Source: Oikopleura dioica (taxonomy: Eukaryota; Animalia; Chordata). From it: 64,000 nt of DNA. This document shows positions 13,441 to 23,852 of the stretch, one piece after another. The notes beneath the pieces are model-generated. The model worked only from the letters and a program-made list of their open reading frames with translations, was not told the origin of the DNA and searched no databases. Made by a program: the position numbers and the translations under genes. The number at the start of each line of letters is the position of its first letter. Within the stretch, counting starts at the first letter, position 1. The DNA lies in assembly GCA_907165135.1 (NCBI GenBank), contig OU015567.1, forward strand, positions 5,394,001 through 5,458,000, written 5' to 3'.

Positions 13441-14415
13441 CTCTCGATCCGACTGCAAAACTTTAAACGGTAAAAACGCGTTTTCAACAATAATATAATT
13501 GATCCTTTCTTATAATATTTATTGTTCTGCATAAAATTACGCGTATAATTACTATTGAGTGGAAGATGCAAAAAGTATTTCATCTTGACAGCATAATTGT
13601 TTCCTCCGGAGACGCCCTTGTCTTGCTGGAATTATTCTAAGCTAATTGCAGTTTCGTGATTATTTTCGTCATTATTCGCAATAGCCGGCAAACTCATAAC
13701 TACGGAATACTTGGCTTGGACAATTTTTCCGGAGATAATTTTTTATGATTAATCTCATCATTTAGACAAAAATAAAAATGAGATAATGTTATAAATTAAT
13801 TATTCGCTGTTTCGATCACCTGATTATACCAGAATAACTGATACTCTATGATTTGAACTGTACTGTATAACACAGTGTAAGGCTAGTCAAAAATTGAAGG
13901 TAAGCATTACTACCGGTCATCGAATAATATCAAATTAATTATTCTACCTTTCATGATCTTTGTATAAAAACACGGCTCTATTTGATGAGGAGAGATTCGT
14001 GAGAAGTCTACTGTAGAGTAAACAGGGCAGATAATATTGAATGATTTTGTTTTTTCTCCTTTTTATCACTTTTGCAAGCGGCCATAATTGGGGATTCATG
14101 GGCCATACGATTCCAACAGAGGGAAAATTTCCAGAGCTTTCACCTGATTACGGAACGGATAAATTTGCGAGCACTTGAAAAAATGACTTTTTTTTAGCAA
14201 AAGATTTATCCTCAAAGGCGATTACTTCAACAACGCTGATCCAATGAACAAAATGACGCTCCAAAAATATATAAACGAAATTCACGCTGCAAAGTTCATT
14301 GTCAAATAAACGAGAATAACTGTATCTTCAAACTCTCCAGCTAAAAATTCCTCTAGCGGAAAACACATGGACTCGAACAATCAATTCGCACGTGAGAAAA
14401 TGTATTTTTTGCTTT

Positions 14416-16136
14416 GGGAAGTTTCAGATTTTCGTGACGGGTGAAAAAAAATTTTTTCTAGTTTTGAGTGGTTTATGAAAGAGTACTAAAAATGAAGCAT
14501 TTTGGTACCTTTCTCGAGTTCTATCTCTCAGGAATTTCGGAGATATGGCCCTCGAAAAGTTCAAAAACATCAATTCTAATATTATCGATTGTGAGTAATC
14601 CACACTATGAATCTTCAAGTTCTTAGTGGATTCTGATTCAGCAGGGTCTGAACCTCTCTGGAATCGAAAAATCGGTCATCCACGATCATAATTATGGCGA
14701 GAAATCATCATTTTCTTAGACCCCTATTTTCATAAAGAAAAAAACAGTGAGAACCGGCCGAAAATAGGAAAGCGCAGCGACAAAACGGCGTCGAAATCAG
14801 GCGCCTAAGATTAAGCTCATCCCATTTTCTAGCCTGATTCCCATTTTTGGGTGGTGCAGCTACAAAACGGCCTCGAAATCAAGCCGGGAAGAAGTTTTCT
14901 CATCCCATTTTCTTCCCAATTGGCTAATACCTGTTGATCATCATAATTTTTTAATAACGCGCAGTTTTTAAGTTTGTGGAAGTTTTCTGGTCCACTTTAC
15001 CCTAAAAATCTGGAACATCATACCGTTGTGGGATCAGCAGAAAATTTCAAGAAAATTGACAGTTTGCAATTGTCAAAAAGTCACTTCCGGGTCATTTCTA
15101 GAGCCGGAAAGTGACAAAATTTAGTAAATAGGGTAAAGTCTGACCTATCAAAATGATGCTCAGCCAATTTTAAAGGGTCAAAGTATGTAAAATTTTCTGC
15201 TGATTCAGAAAAGGTATGGTGTTCTATGGTCGGTATGGCGGAAGTGGGCTAGAAAACTTCCACAACCTTAAAAAAAGCGCGTCATTGTGTTTGTGTATTT
15301 TTGGGTCTTCTCAATGGAGGAATATTCGAAAAAATGAAAAAAAATAAGATTTCTAACCCGCTGACGCACCATTAGTGATCTTTGCGCATGCGGCCCAAAA
15401 TGTGGCAGGTTAACATACCCCACCTGAGGAACATATCTACCAAATATGAGTTGTCCGCGGTTATCACGTGAAAAGGGCCGAAATTACTCTAGATTCTATT
15501 TCTTAAAATTTTCTGCTGATCCCACAACGGTATGATGTTCCAGATTTTTAGGGTAAAGTGGACCAGAAAACTTCCACAAACTTAAAAACTGCGCGTTATT
15601 AAAAAATTATGATGATCAACAGGTATTAGCCAATTGGGAAGAAAATGGGATGAGAAAACTTCTTCCCGGCTTGATTTCGAGGCCGTTTTGTAGCTGCACC
15701 ACCCAAAAATGGGAATCAGGCTAGAAAATGGGATGAGCTTAATCTTAGGCGCCTGATTTCGACGCCGTTTTGTCGCTGCGCTTTCCTATTTTCGGCCGGT
15801 TCTCACTGTTTTTTCTTTATGAAAATAGGGGTCTAAGAAAATGATGATTTCTCGCCATAATTATGATCGTGGATGACCGATTTTTCGATTCCAGAGAGGT
15901 TCAGACCCTGCTGAATCAGAATCCACTAAGAACTTGAAGATTCATAGTGTGGATTACTCACAATCGATAATATTAGAATTGATGTTTTTGAACTTTTCGA
16001 GGGCCATATCTCCGAAATTCCTGAGAGATAGAACTCGAGAAAGGTACCAAAATGCTTCATTTTTAGTACTCTTTCATAAACCACTCAAAACTAGAAAAAA
16101 TTTTTTTTCACCCGTCACGAAAATCTGAAACTTCCC
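14416..16136. mobile_element. Foldback element: ~632-bp near-identical inverted arms around a ~458-bp spacer
   Basis: 14416-15047 is the reverse complement of 15506-16136, with one A-run indel noted. Ends are GGGAAG...CTTCCC, flanked by ttt on both sides. No transposase was seen. Confidence 0.9.
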
Positions 16137-16238
16137 TTTAAAAATGCAGCGCAAAAGTGAATTTCCCGCAGTATAAAAGAACACCAAATTCTGAAGAGCC
16201 GTATACAGTCACTGTATTATAGTGAAAAAAATTCCACA

Positions 16239-16499
16239 ATGTTCTTTGAGAGAATTTTTCTTCTTCTTGCTCAAACGACAACCGCATGGAAATTTTACGA
16301 TGATACTATTCCACAAGATTTTGGCGAGTATGGATTGAACAACGATTACGAGACGGATATCAAAATGACTAAAGGACTATCAAAATTAAGCTTCGTAATC
16401 CCAAAATTATCAAAAAAATTATCCCAAAAAGCAAAAAACCAACGACAGGACATTCAAGCTCTGTTCGATCTTCTCGACTCGTCAAAGAAATTTCTTTGA
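16239..16499 (+). CDS. Small secreted protein (86 aa), unknown function
   Basis: ATG start, signal-like MFFERIFLLLAQTTTA, acidic middle segment and Lys-rich amphipathic C-terminus. A TATA-like gtataaaa lies at about 16171. Confidence 0.45.
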   Translation: MFFERIFLLLAQTTTAWKFYDDTIPQDFGEYGLNNDYETDIKMTKGLSKLSFVIPKLSKKLSQKAKNQRQDIQALFDLLDSSKKFL

Positions 16500-16659
16500 A
16501 AAAAATCTTGAGAAAAATCATCATCCTTTCATTTCAATAAAAAAATCATAAAGAGAAAACTGACCTAGATTTTTCTCACTAGACTCACTTCCGGTTATCT
16601 GAATTAAAAATCACGCTTTAGCACAAATATTAGAGAAAAAAATCGAGAAACAAGAAAAA

Positions 16660-17598
16660 ATGGAGGTGATTGGAGCCGGTTTAGGGAGAACTGGGACATC
16701 AAGCATTCAGCTGGCGTTAGAAAAACTTGGACTTGGGTAAGTTTGACCGAGTTTTTATTTCGCCTTCTTTTAATTTTCCTATCAGCCCATGTTATCACAT
16801 GAACCAGAACTTTGCGCACAACCACGGCGAGCTCTGGAATCAAGTCGAAGAAGCAAAAACAATTGAGCTGCGAGAAGCTGCGTTGCGAAAAATCTTCGAC
16901 GAAAAAGGCTACCGATCATCTGCGGACTACCCCGCTTGCTCTTTCTTTGAAGATCTTCTGCGAATGAACCCAAAAGCCAAGGTCCTTCTTTCCGTCCGAG
17001 ACAAGCCGGAGGACTGGTACAAGTCAGTTCACTCGACGATTTTTGTCCGACAAACCGGGGGAGATGTCCCGCTTCATCAGAAAATCTTTCCTTTTGGGCT
17101 TCATGAATGGGTGTTGAAACCGATTCCATGGCTTCCAGACGCGGTAAGATCGATTTTTGAGTCAAATTGCTCATATTTTTAGTCATAAACTTGGTAAAAT
17201 AATTATGCGAATGTTTCTCGGAAAACCTCATGACTTTTCGCAAAAAGGCCTCGAAAACGCCTACACAGAATGGAATGATCACGTGATCGCGAAAATTCCG
17301 CAAGACCAACTTTTAGGTACACTACCTGTTTCCCTCAAATCTCTTCTATTCCTTAGTTTTCAATGTTAAACAAGGCTGGGAACCACTCTGTCGCTTCCTG
17401 AACAAGCCAATTCCAAATGAACCATTTCCGAATACGAACAAGAAATCAGACGTTGATGACGAATCTGTCACGAAGGAAATTATCACCCTCGGATCTGTTG
17501 TTGTTTTCTACGGGGGACTTGCTTTCCTCGGATATCTCTCATACAAGCATGATTTTAAAGGGTCTCTGACTCGAGGTCTTGGTCTGTTAAATACATAA
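16660..17598 (+). CDS. Sulfotransferase-family P-loop protein, copy 1 (Sulfotransfer_4-like), with C-terminal membrane anchor
   Basis: MEVIGAGLGRTGTSSIQLALEKLGLGPCYHMN (GT-AG intron after GLG), SADYPAC, PKAKVLLSVRD.PEDWYKS, KQGWEPLCRFLNKPIPNEPFPNTN, and a hydrophobic tail. Confidence 0.88.
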
Positions 17599-17789
17599 AC
17601 TTTTCTCAAAATTCCCATTTTTTTTATTGCTGCCGGAATCTGAATCCTCGCCTGAAAAAAATGATCCTTTCCTTCAAGAATTCAATTTCATAAAAAATAG
17701 ATTAAAAAAACAAATTTCGTAAATATTATTTTTTCAGTTCTTTTTATTAAAAACATGCACGCAAGAAACAGATGTAAGCGAGTAGATAT

Positions 17790-18155
17790 TTAAGTGCAAA
17801 ATCCAGCGGAGACGTGAAATAAGACAGGTACTGGTTCGCCACCGCTATGATTCCCAATTATTTCGGAGCTTTGTATTTGGTCTCCGTTAATGTCGATTCT
17901 TTCAAGAGGGTTATTTAAGTCTCCATAACCCGAAAACAGGAAAATCGAATCGTTGATTTGAAGAGACGAATACGATTGAATAGCCTCAAAACAAATTAAA
18001 AAGCGAATAAATAAAAGCGAATGAAAAGTTCAACGAACTCATCGATCGATCAAGTGATGAAAAATAAACTTACGCCTTTCAAAGTTCCCGTTCGGGACCA
18101 GAAGTCGTTTGAAAGAAGCCAGACATGATCTAAATAAGTTCTTCCATTTCCAGTG
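17790..18155 (-). pseudogene. Paralogue C, 3' part (Kelch blades), cut off by the Maverick
   Basis: Reads TGNGRTYLDHVWLLSNDFWSRTGTLK, then an intron, then ...VLFHVSAGFCT*. It joins in frame to 48031 when the element and one TSD are removed. Confidence 0.85.
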
Positions 18156-18204
18156 AGTAGTTAGAATTTAGTGCCGGGGTCCGAGCAACATGGATCCTTT
18201 TGTC
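18156..18204 (+). repeat. Left terminal inverted repeat (49 bp)
   Basis: agtagttagaatttagtgccggggtccgagcaacatggatccttttgtc. Confidence 0.97.
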
Positions 18205-18370
18205 TTTAGGGTGGCCCCGCTTGAGCCTCCGGGCGCCCCGCGCTCGATATTCCGGCCATTGTTTGCGTTCACACCCTATGTTTGGGCGCTCTTATTTCAA
18301 TATCCTGATGCATATTTTTTTTATATATTAATGCATAAAACAGACACAACATAATTTTTTGTATAAAACT

Positions 18371-18856
18371 TTATTCATGGAAAGTGACAGTTTTTGGGTC
18401 GTCCCAGAGATCCGCGGCAAAGAGTTGTCCGATTTCACTCTCGGAAGTAATGACCATATCAGGGAGATAAGCATCAGAATGGAACAGTACTCGAAGATTT
18501 TTCAGAACTTTGATCCGATCTTTGCAGACATTTGAGTCACAGTTATGTTCGAAAATTCGCGCGGGCATAGCAACCTTCAGGAATTTTTTATTTTTGTAAA
18601 GTCGGAATCGTTCTTTCGTGCCTTCATCCAGTCTTTCTATTTTGTCAGAGCGTTCGACTGTCACATATATCGGACGGCGGAAGTCAAGTGGCGCTGAGAA
18701 AAGAACACAGAAACCAGATCTTTGTTTGAAAGAGAAGTATCCTTTTCTGAAAAACTCGCTTCTAATCAGTTGGACGAGAAGATGGCTTCGATAACAATTT
18801 GGGTTCTTCGTGCATTTGGTGATAAAAAAATTATATGGGAAAATCTCTCTTTTCAT
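18371..18856 (-). CDS. Maverick accessory ORF, 161 aa, CxxxxC-type module, unknown function
   Basis: Intact ATG ORF; the segment NCDSNVCKDRIKVLKNL resembles the modules in 19121-19871. Confidence 0.6.
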   Translation of the reverse strand: MKREIFPYNFFITKCTKNPNCYRSHLLVQLIRSEFFRKGYFSFKQRSGFCVLFSAPLDFRRPIYVTVERSDKIERLDEGTKERFRLYKNKKFLKVAMPARIFEHNCDSNVCKDRIKVLKNLRVLFHSDAYLPDMVITSESEIGQLFAADLWDDPKTVTFHE

Positions 18857-19120
18857 TTCCTTCTTTTTGAATAATTGAAACCAATATTCTTTTCAACGGT
18901 ATACTTCCCTCGAATATTTCAATAAACCTTTGTCACCACCTAGACCCATTGTTTCTTAGTTTTCGGCGATTCCGGCGATTCCGGCCGATTTTTACGTTCC
19001 AAGGACAATGCTCTTACAAATCAAATCAACCATTAAGAAAACTGGAAATATAAGGACCCAGGGAAAGGCTTTCACTTTAAGTTGCCTCAATCGATTTCGG
19101 ATTTTCTTTTTTGAGAAAAA

Positions 19121-19871
19121 ATGAGAGATATACTAGTAGATATGGGAGAGTACTCATATTATAAGGAGCCCTTTCATCCTGACGAACCTGGTCTTCATAT
19201 CACAAAAAATGGGGATGAAACGTTTACCGTTATTCAAGCAAATTTGAAAATCGAATGCCAGCAATCGATCTGTAAACAACGAATTTTATTTCTGAGAAGA
19301 ATTTTATTTGATTTCACTAACAATCGTCAAACTTATGCAATCACCGAAAGTAAGGATTTGGCAGCTGTCTTCAAATTACGTGATAATCAACGCAGCAGAT
19401 ATTACATGACACGTCAAATGGGATATGATTTCCTTGTTGAAGAATTAAAAGAAGAGAATCCAATTCCTTTTGAAGTCAATCCGGAGTATCCCGATAACAG
19501 TAAGTAAAAATCTTTCATATCTTTTTATTTAATAAAATGAAGTTCCGAGATATTACACGATGGCTTCAGCAATGATTTTCAATCACACCTGCAGTAAAGC
19601 AAAATGTCAGCATTTTGTTTTACTATTGCGAAAATTGCGGCATGAACTGAATAACTCCCCGTCAATTCTTCTTCGCGACATAAAAGACGTGACTGAATTT
19701 TTTGACGTAGCTGTGGGGCTTAAAGCTCGCAGTAGAGTCCGAATTTATGTCCCAGAAAAACTGGCTCTCAACTGGATTGATGAAGCTACAGAACACGACT
19801 TCCTTCTCCAAGACTCTATTCGAAGTGATCTGATTCCTGATAGTAATAAATTTTTCTTCTTCAAAAAATAA
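19121..19871 (+). CDS. Maverick accessory gene, spliced, two internal CxxxxC modules
   Basis: GT-AG intron 19500-19542 joins the two track ORFs in frame (DN-IPRYYTM). A further small 3' intron is possible. Confidence 0.65.
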
Positions 19872-20298
19872 CATCTATTTTTAGTTGAGCATCTCGCTCT
19901 CAACTCTACATAAGCGATAACGGAACTGTCATGAATCAATAATTCTGCGCCCGAAAAAGATTTGTTTATTCTGTTTCTACATCTCATCATTCTGATTCTT
20001 TCTGGACAAATAAAATGTTTTGACTGGACATGAGAAGCGTGATTTTTGCAGGTTCACGCGCCTTAGGAAATGTTTTTTTTTGGTGTCACCCGCAGCGACC
20101 TAGATACCCTGGAACTCCAAATTTACCTAGGAATATAGTTAATTAGGTCACGGATTTTGTGTATTCACGGCAAAAATAGCGTCAGGAAACAGCGCCAGCA
20201 AATTTTGATATAAAAACCCGATAGCATCCGTCAAAATCAAAAACGAAAAATCACCACAAACAAAAACTTCTTTTTTTTTGTGTAACCCAAAGAAAAAA

Positions 20299-20796
20299 AT
20301 GGACGTCGAAGCCAATGATCCTCCATCATACCGGGAAATTGAGGCGAAAGCTGTCGAGAAATTCAGAAGAGTCCAGAAATTCAAAAATTTCCCGATCATC
20401 GCCTTCAGAAAATTTCTCAGGCTCATCGCTACAATGTCCGTCGACAACTCATGGCTCTGGACCTACAATGGCTGGCTAGTCGTCTCGGCATCGAATGATG
20501 GTAAAGCACAACTTCTACGATTTGTCGGTGGAATGGAAAATCCGGACAGGTTCGAAGTGACAATTGGCAGCGAAGATGAAATCTACTTGGATGGAATGGA
20601 CGTTACTCCGCTTGCTGCCCTCGAAACCCAACATGACACGATCTTCGTCGTATCAAGCGAGGACTTCATTTTTCACTGCGACTGGGAGAGAACACCCAAC
20701 ATGAAAATTCAATTCGAATCCTGCGTAATCGCCGTCGAAATCGACGATGAGGGCGACCTGGCATTCAACCCGAAGCGCCTCTACTCTGGCAACTAA
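20299..20796 (+). CDS. Maverick accessory ORF, 165 aa, beta-rich C-terminal part, unknown function
   Basis: ATG at 20299, open frame, N-terminal PPSY motif. Confidence 0.6.
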   Translation: MDVEANDPPSYREIEAKAVEKFRRVQKFKNFPIIAFRKFLRLIATMSVDNSWLWTYNGWLVVSASNDGKAQLLRFVGGMENPDRFEVTIGSEDEIYLDGMDVTPLAALETQHDTIFVVSSEDFIFHCDWERTPNMKIQFESCVIAVEIDDEGDLAFNPKRLYSGN

Positions 20797-21569
20797 TCAG
20801 AAGAAAATGAACCAACAGGTGCGCGTTTTCTCTTTTTTCAATTTGCTTTCTTGCACAACACAGACGAATTTTTCAACTTCTATTCCACTCAAAACCTTTT
20901 TATCTTTAACATCTTCAGCTTATCTCGTTTTCGTCGCTCAGTTTTATTCTTTTTCACACATGCGTTAGCCCTTACCAAAAAAAAAAACAAAAAAAATTTT
21001 CTTCAGTACAAAAACAATCCGGATTTTCTGCTTCTATCGCTTATTTTGTTTGATAACTCAGTTTTCATCTGCTATTACACATACTCAATCTCATTCCAAG
21101 AAATAAAATAGAAAAAAAAGAAAAAAAAAACTCTGTGTTTTTAATCCTTTGATGCAAAGCAAAATTTGAATATTTCGAGTGAAAAATATTTTAATCAGAA
21201 ATTTTCATATCCTGAGAATGAACTATCCTTGGAAATTAGTTTTCTTGAAAACTTCTTGTGTTGAGAATTCACCGCTTTGAAAATATGCGTTCAAAGAAAA
21301 CGTGCTTTGTATGAAAACGTGCTTTGTTAGAAAACGCGCGCCTCGAAAAATACTCGCTCTCATTCATGCTCGCTGCGGGCTCGAAAAGAAAAGAGCGCGG
21401 CGGAAGTGCGCGCGCGCACGAACAATGGTATGAAATAAAAATGTCGCTATAAAAGACCGATCCATATTTTCCTTTGTTAGAAGTTCGAAAATATTATTGT
21501 GTCGGAGTATATAAGCGCTGTCGATTTTGAAAAAGTATCCCATTCCAAAAAATTTGACAAGTTGAAAAT

Positions 21570-22076
21570 ATGATGCCCTTGAGAGACAACCTTTACTTCC
21601 GTCGCCTCGCTGTTCATTTTGCTGGCCTTAGCAAAGAGGAAATGACAGGCGCTGAAGAAAAAGCGATTCGTAACATAAAAAATGCGGTTGCTTCTAACAT
21701 GGTCGTCTCAGAGGAAGCTACGGAAGAGGTGCTTTTACCCGATGAGAAATGGGCAGCTGATCTTGCGCAGGAGCTTCTCGCTGAACACATCTCCGGTCTA
21801 ATTGACGATGCTCAACTTGTAACGAAACTTTTTTTGGAGTATCGCAGACGTCTCGACACTAGACGAGACAGTAAATTTACTGTCTTAATGGGCTTCTACG
21901 ATTATAATTATGTTGTTTCTGTTGGTTATATGATTATTGGATCAGTGAGTCATGGCGACTCAGCTCAAGTGAATTCATTTATCGTCACCCTGAAGCGTGC
22001 TCTTCTTGGCGAGCTCGATCGCTACCTACAGGAGCTTGCAGACAAAATTCATGGTGAGCAAAAATACCGTCTATAA
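21570..22076 (+). CDS. Maverick accessory ORF, 168 aa, predicted helical, unknown function
   Basis: Intact ATG ORF preceded by TATA-like tataaaag (about 21448) and tatataag (about 21508) and a GC-rich box. Confidence 0.6.
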   Translation: MMPLRDNLYFRRLAVHFAGLSKEEMTGAEEKAIRNIKNAVASNMVVSEEATEEVLLPDEKWAADLAQELLAEHISGLIDDAQLVTKLFLEYRRRLDTRRDSKFTVLMGFYDYNYVVSVGYMIIGSVSHGDSAQVNSFIVTLKRALLGELDRYLQELADKIHGEQKYRL

Positions 22077-22343
22077 TATCAACCCTATATTTTAGAGCAC
22101 TTTCTTGGTCAACGACTCCCCATTCGACGTGGGCTCGCATACACAACTCCCTGGATGCGCAAACGATTCGATATCCAACACTGATTTCAAACAGAAATTT
22201 CCTCTCATTCACTTTCCTTAGATCTAGATTCCACTCAAATTATATCATGCTCTCATTTTTTTCTCTCTCTCAAATTTTTAGTCATATCTTTACTGTTTAG
22301 GGAAAATAAAGTATTCAAAAACAAAGTATGAAGAATTTATCTT

Positions 22344-23030
22344 TTATTCCGTGTAGCATATTGGAAAATTCGGTGGATCAATATTTGAAAACTCTCGGTT
22401 TATGCCAGTAATGCATCTGAGATCGTCATCTTCGCAATGAAGTGAAGCATTTAAAATTGCGTAGCTGTGTTTGTCATCATTTGTTCGAGTGAAATCTTTC
22501 ATGCACTGCTCGTATCGTTTTTTCATGCCGAGTTGCTTCGCAAGTCGTTTGTTTTGCTCACGATCTCCGTAATTTTTAAAAAGAATGAATATTTCTGTAT
22601 TATTACGAATAGTTTTTGCGTGTTTTCCTTTTTCATAAACATTTTGAGTAATCAGGATTAATGAAAATTTCTTATTACGACGGTAGACCTTAAAAGCGTT
22701 AGCCACCGCCTCTGATTCGATCGCTTCGCTAAACTGATCGTCAATTACGACGAGAGATCGCTTTGGGATGTTCAGAAAATCCTTTGTTGTTGGTAGTCCT
22801 TCTTGAATATACACGCGAACCGAGTCAGGTATATTTTTGTCCCAATCCAAGTTGCAGTTTCCAATAGCTCCATAGTAAAAAACATGTCGAATACGTTTTG
22901 AAAAATGATTGTTTTTGATAAGTTTCTCCGTCATAAATGTTTTTCCGGTTCCGGTACTGCCAGCAATCATTATTGATGCTGGATGATGGAATTTGGTTCC
23001 CTTAATGATTCGACCTTGGATAGTTCGCAT
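22344..23030 (-). CDS. A32/FtsK-like genome packaging ATPase
   Basis: Walker A IAGSTGTGKT, Walker B SLVVIDD, and motifs RRNKKFSLILITQN and IRNNTEIFILFKN typical of Maverick ATPases. Intronless. Confidence 0.93.
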   Translation of the reverse strand: MRTIQGRIIKGTKFHHPASIMIAGSTGTGKTFMTEKLIKNNHFSKRIRHVFYYGAIGNCNLDWDKNIPDSVRVYIQEGLPTTKDFLNIPKRSLVVIDDQFSEAIESEAVANAFKVYRRNKKFSLILITQNVYEKGKHAKTIRNNTEIFILFKNYGDREQNKRLAKQLGMKKRYEQCMKDFTRTNDDKHSYAILNASLHCEDDDLRCITGINREFSNIDPPNFPICYTE

Positions 23031-23317
23031 TTTTCAATTGATATCGCTATCAAATTCTCTGTTTTGCCTGGCTTGATATTGAAACCTCTTTTCTCTTCAA
23101 CTCTGCAAATCTTTACGGCGATATAAGGCCAAGTCGCTAGCCAGTTGTAATCTTCAGGATTTTTCGGTGTAAATTTGATCGATTGCTTTGTCAGAATTTT
23201 TGCTTTCTCGGATAGATGTGGGGATTCCTCTGTCACCTTTATGACCTTGGCTTCAATAAAAAACGTTTGAGTATTTTGATAAAAAGCGGCAGAATCTGTC
23301 GCGCCTAAAAACTCCAT
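22970..23317 (-). CDS. Maverick ORF upstream of and overlapping the ATPase, 115 aa, unknown function
   Basis: ATG ORF whose 3' end overlaps the ATPase start by 61 nt. Confidence 0.55.
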   Translation of the reverse strand: MEFLGATDSAAFYQNTQTFFIEAKVIKVTEESPHLSEKAKILTKQSIKFTPKNPEDYNWLATWPYIAVKICRVEEKRGFNIKPGKTENLIAISIEKCELSKVESLREPNSIIQHQ

Positions 23318-23435
23318 TGTTTAAATGAGTCAGAATATATTTTCAGAATAATTAAAAGCCGCTTGGCGGCGCGCCTGATCTTTTCATAAAAATGAAGCCT
23401 GGAGAATAAATAGAATTATAAATTGATATTGAGAA

Positions 23436-23852
23436 ATGGGTCGAAAAATAATTTTCGATCTAGCTGACATAAAGCGACACTGTGTTTCTTCAACCAAGTT
23501 AGGATCGACATTTGTCGGTAATCTCAAAGAGAAAATTCTTCTGAATGAAACTAAGAAGCCAGCAGGAAAACTTGAAGAATCTCTCTCTGAGGACAAGAAA
23601 TCAAATCAAAAACGGAAAAGCAGCACCAAATCAAACTCAAAAAAGAAGAAAAGAAAGATTTCCATTAGTTCAGAAAGCTCTGCCTCAGAATCAGAAGCGG
23701 AATCAAAGGAATGTCCAAAGATCAGCACCGGAGAAAGAGAGACAGACGAAATCAACCGAAAAGACGACGGAGAAGAGTCAGCAGGAAGCTCAACCGAAGG
23801 TTCCTCAGCCGAATCAAGCGACTCAGACACGTCAAGTGGAAACGAGTGCTAA
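23436..23852 (+). CDS. Lys/Ser/Glu-rich low-complexity ORF overlapping the integrase 5' frame
   Basis: ATG ORF, 138 aa, with KKKKRK tract followed by a Ser/Glu-rich tail. Confidence 0.5.
   Translation: MGRKIIFDLADIKRHCVSSTKLGSTFVGNLKEKILLNETKKPAGKLEESLSEDKKSNQKRKSSTKSNSKKKKRKISISSESSASESEAESKECPKISTGERETDEINRKDDGEESAGSSTEGSSAESSDSDTSSGNEC

Noticed and set aside
14424-16128. Two identical 64-aa ORFs on opposite strands as duplicated genes
   Set aside because: They are by-products of the foldback arms, with an alternative start and no coding signature.
668-16217. Recurring tiny ctgtata/tatacag palindromes (668-682, 16203-16217, about 13860, about 7195) as transposon footprints
   Set aside because: Too short and AT-rich to separate from chance without a genome-wide count.
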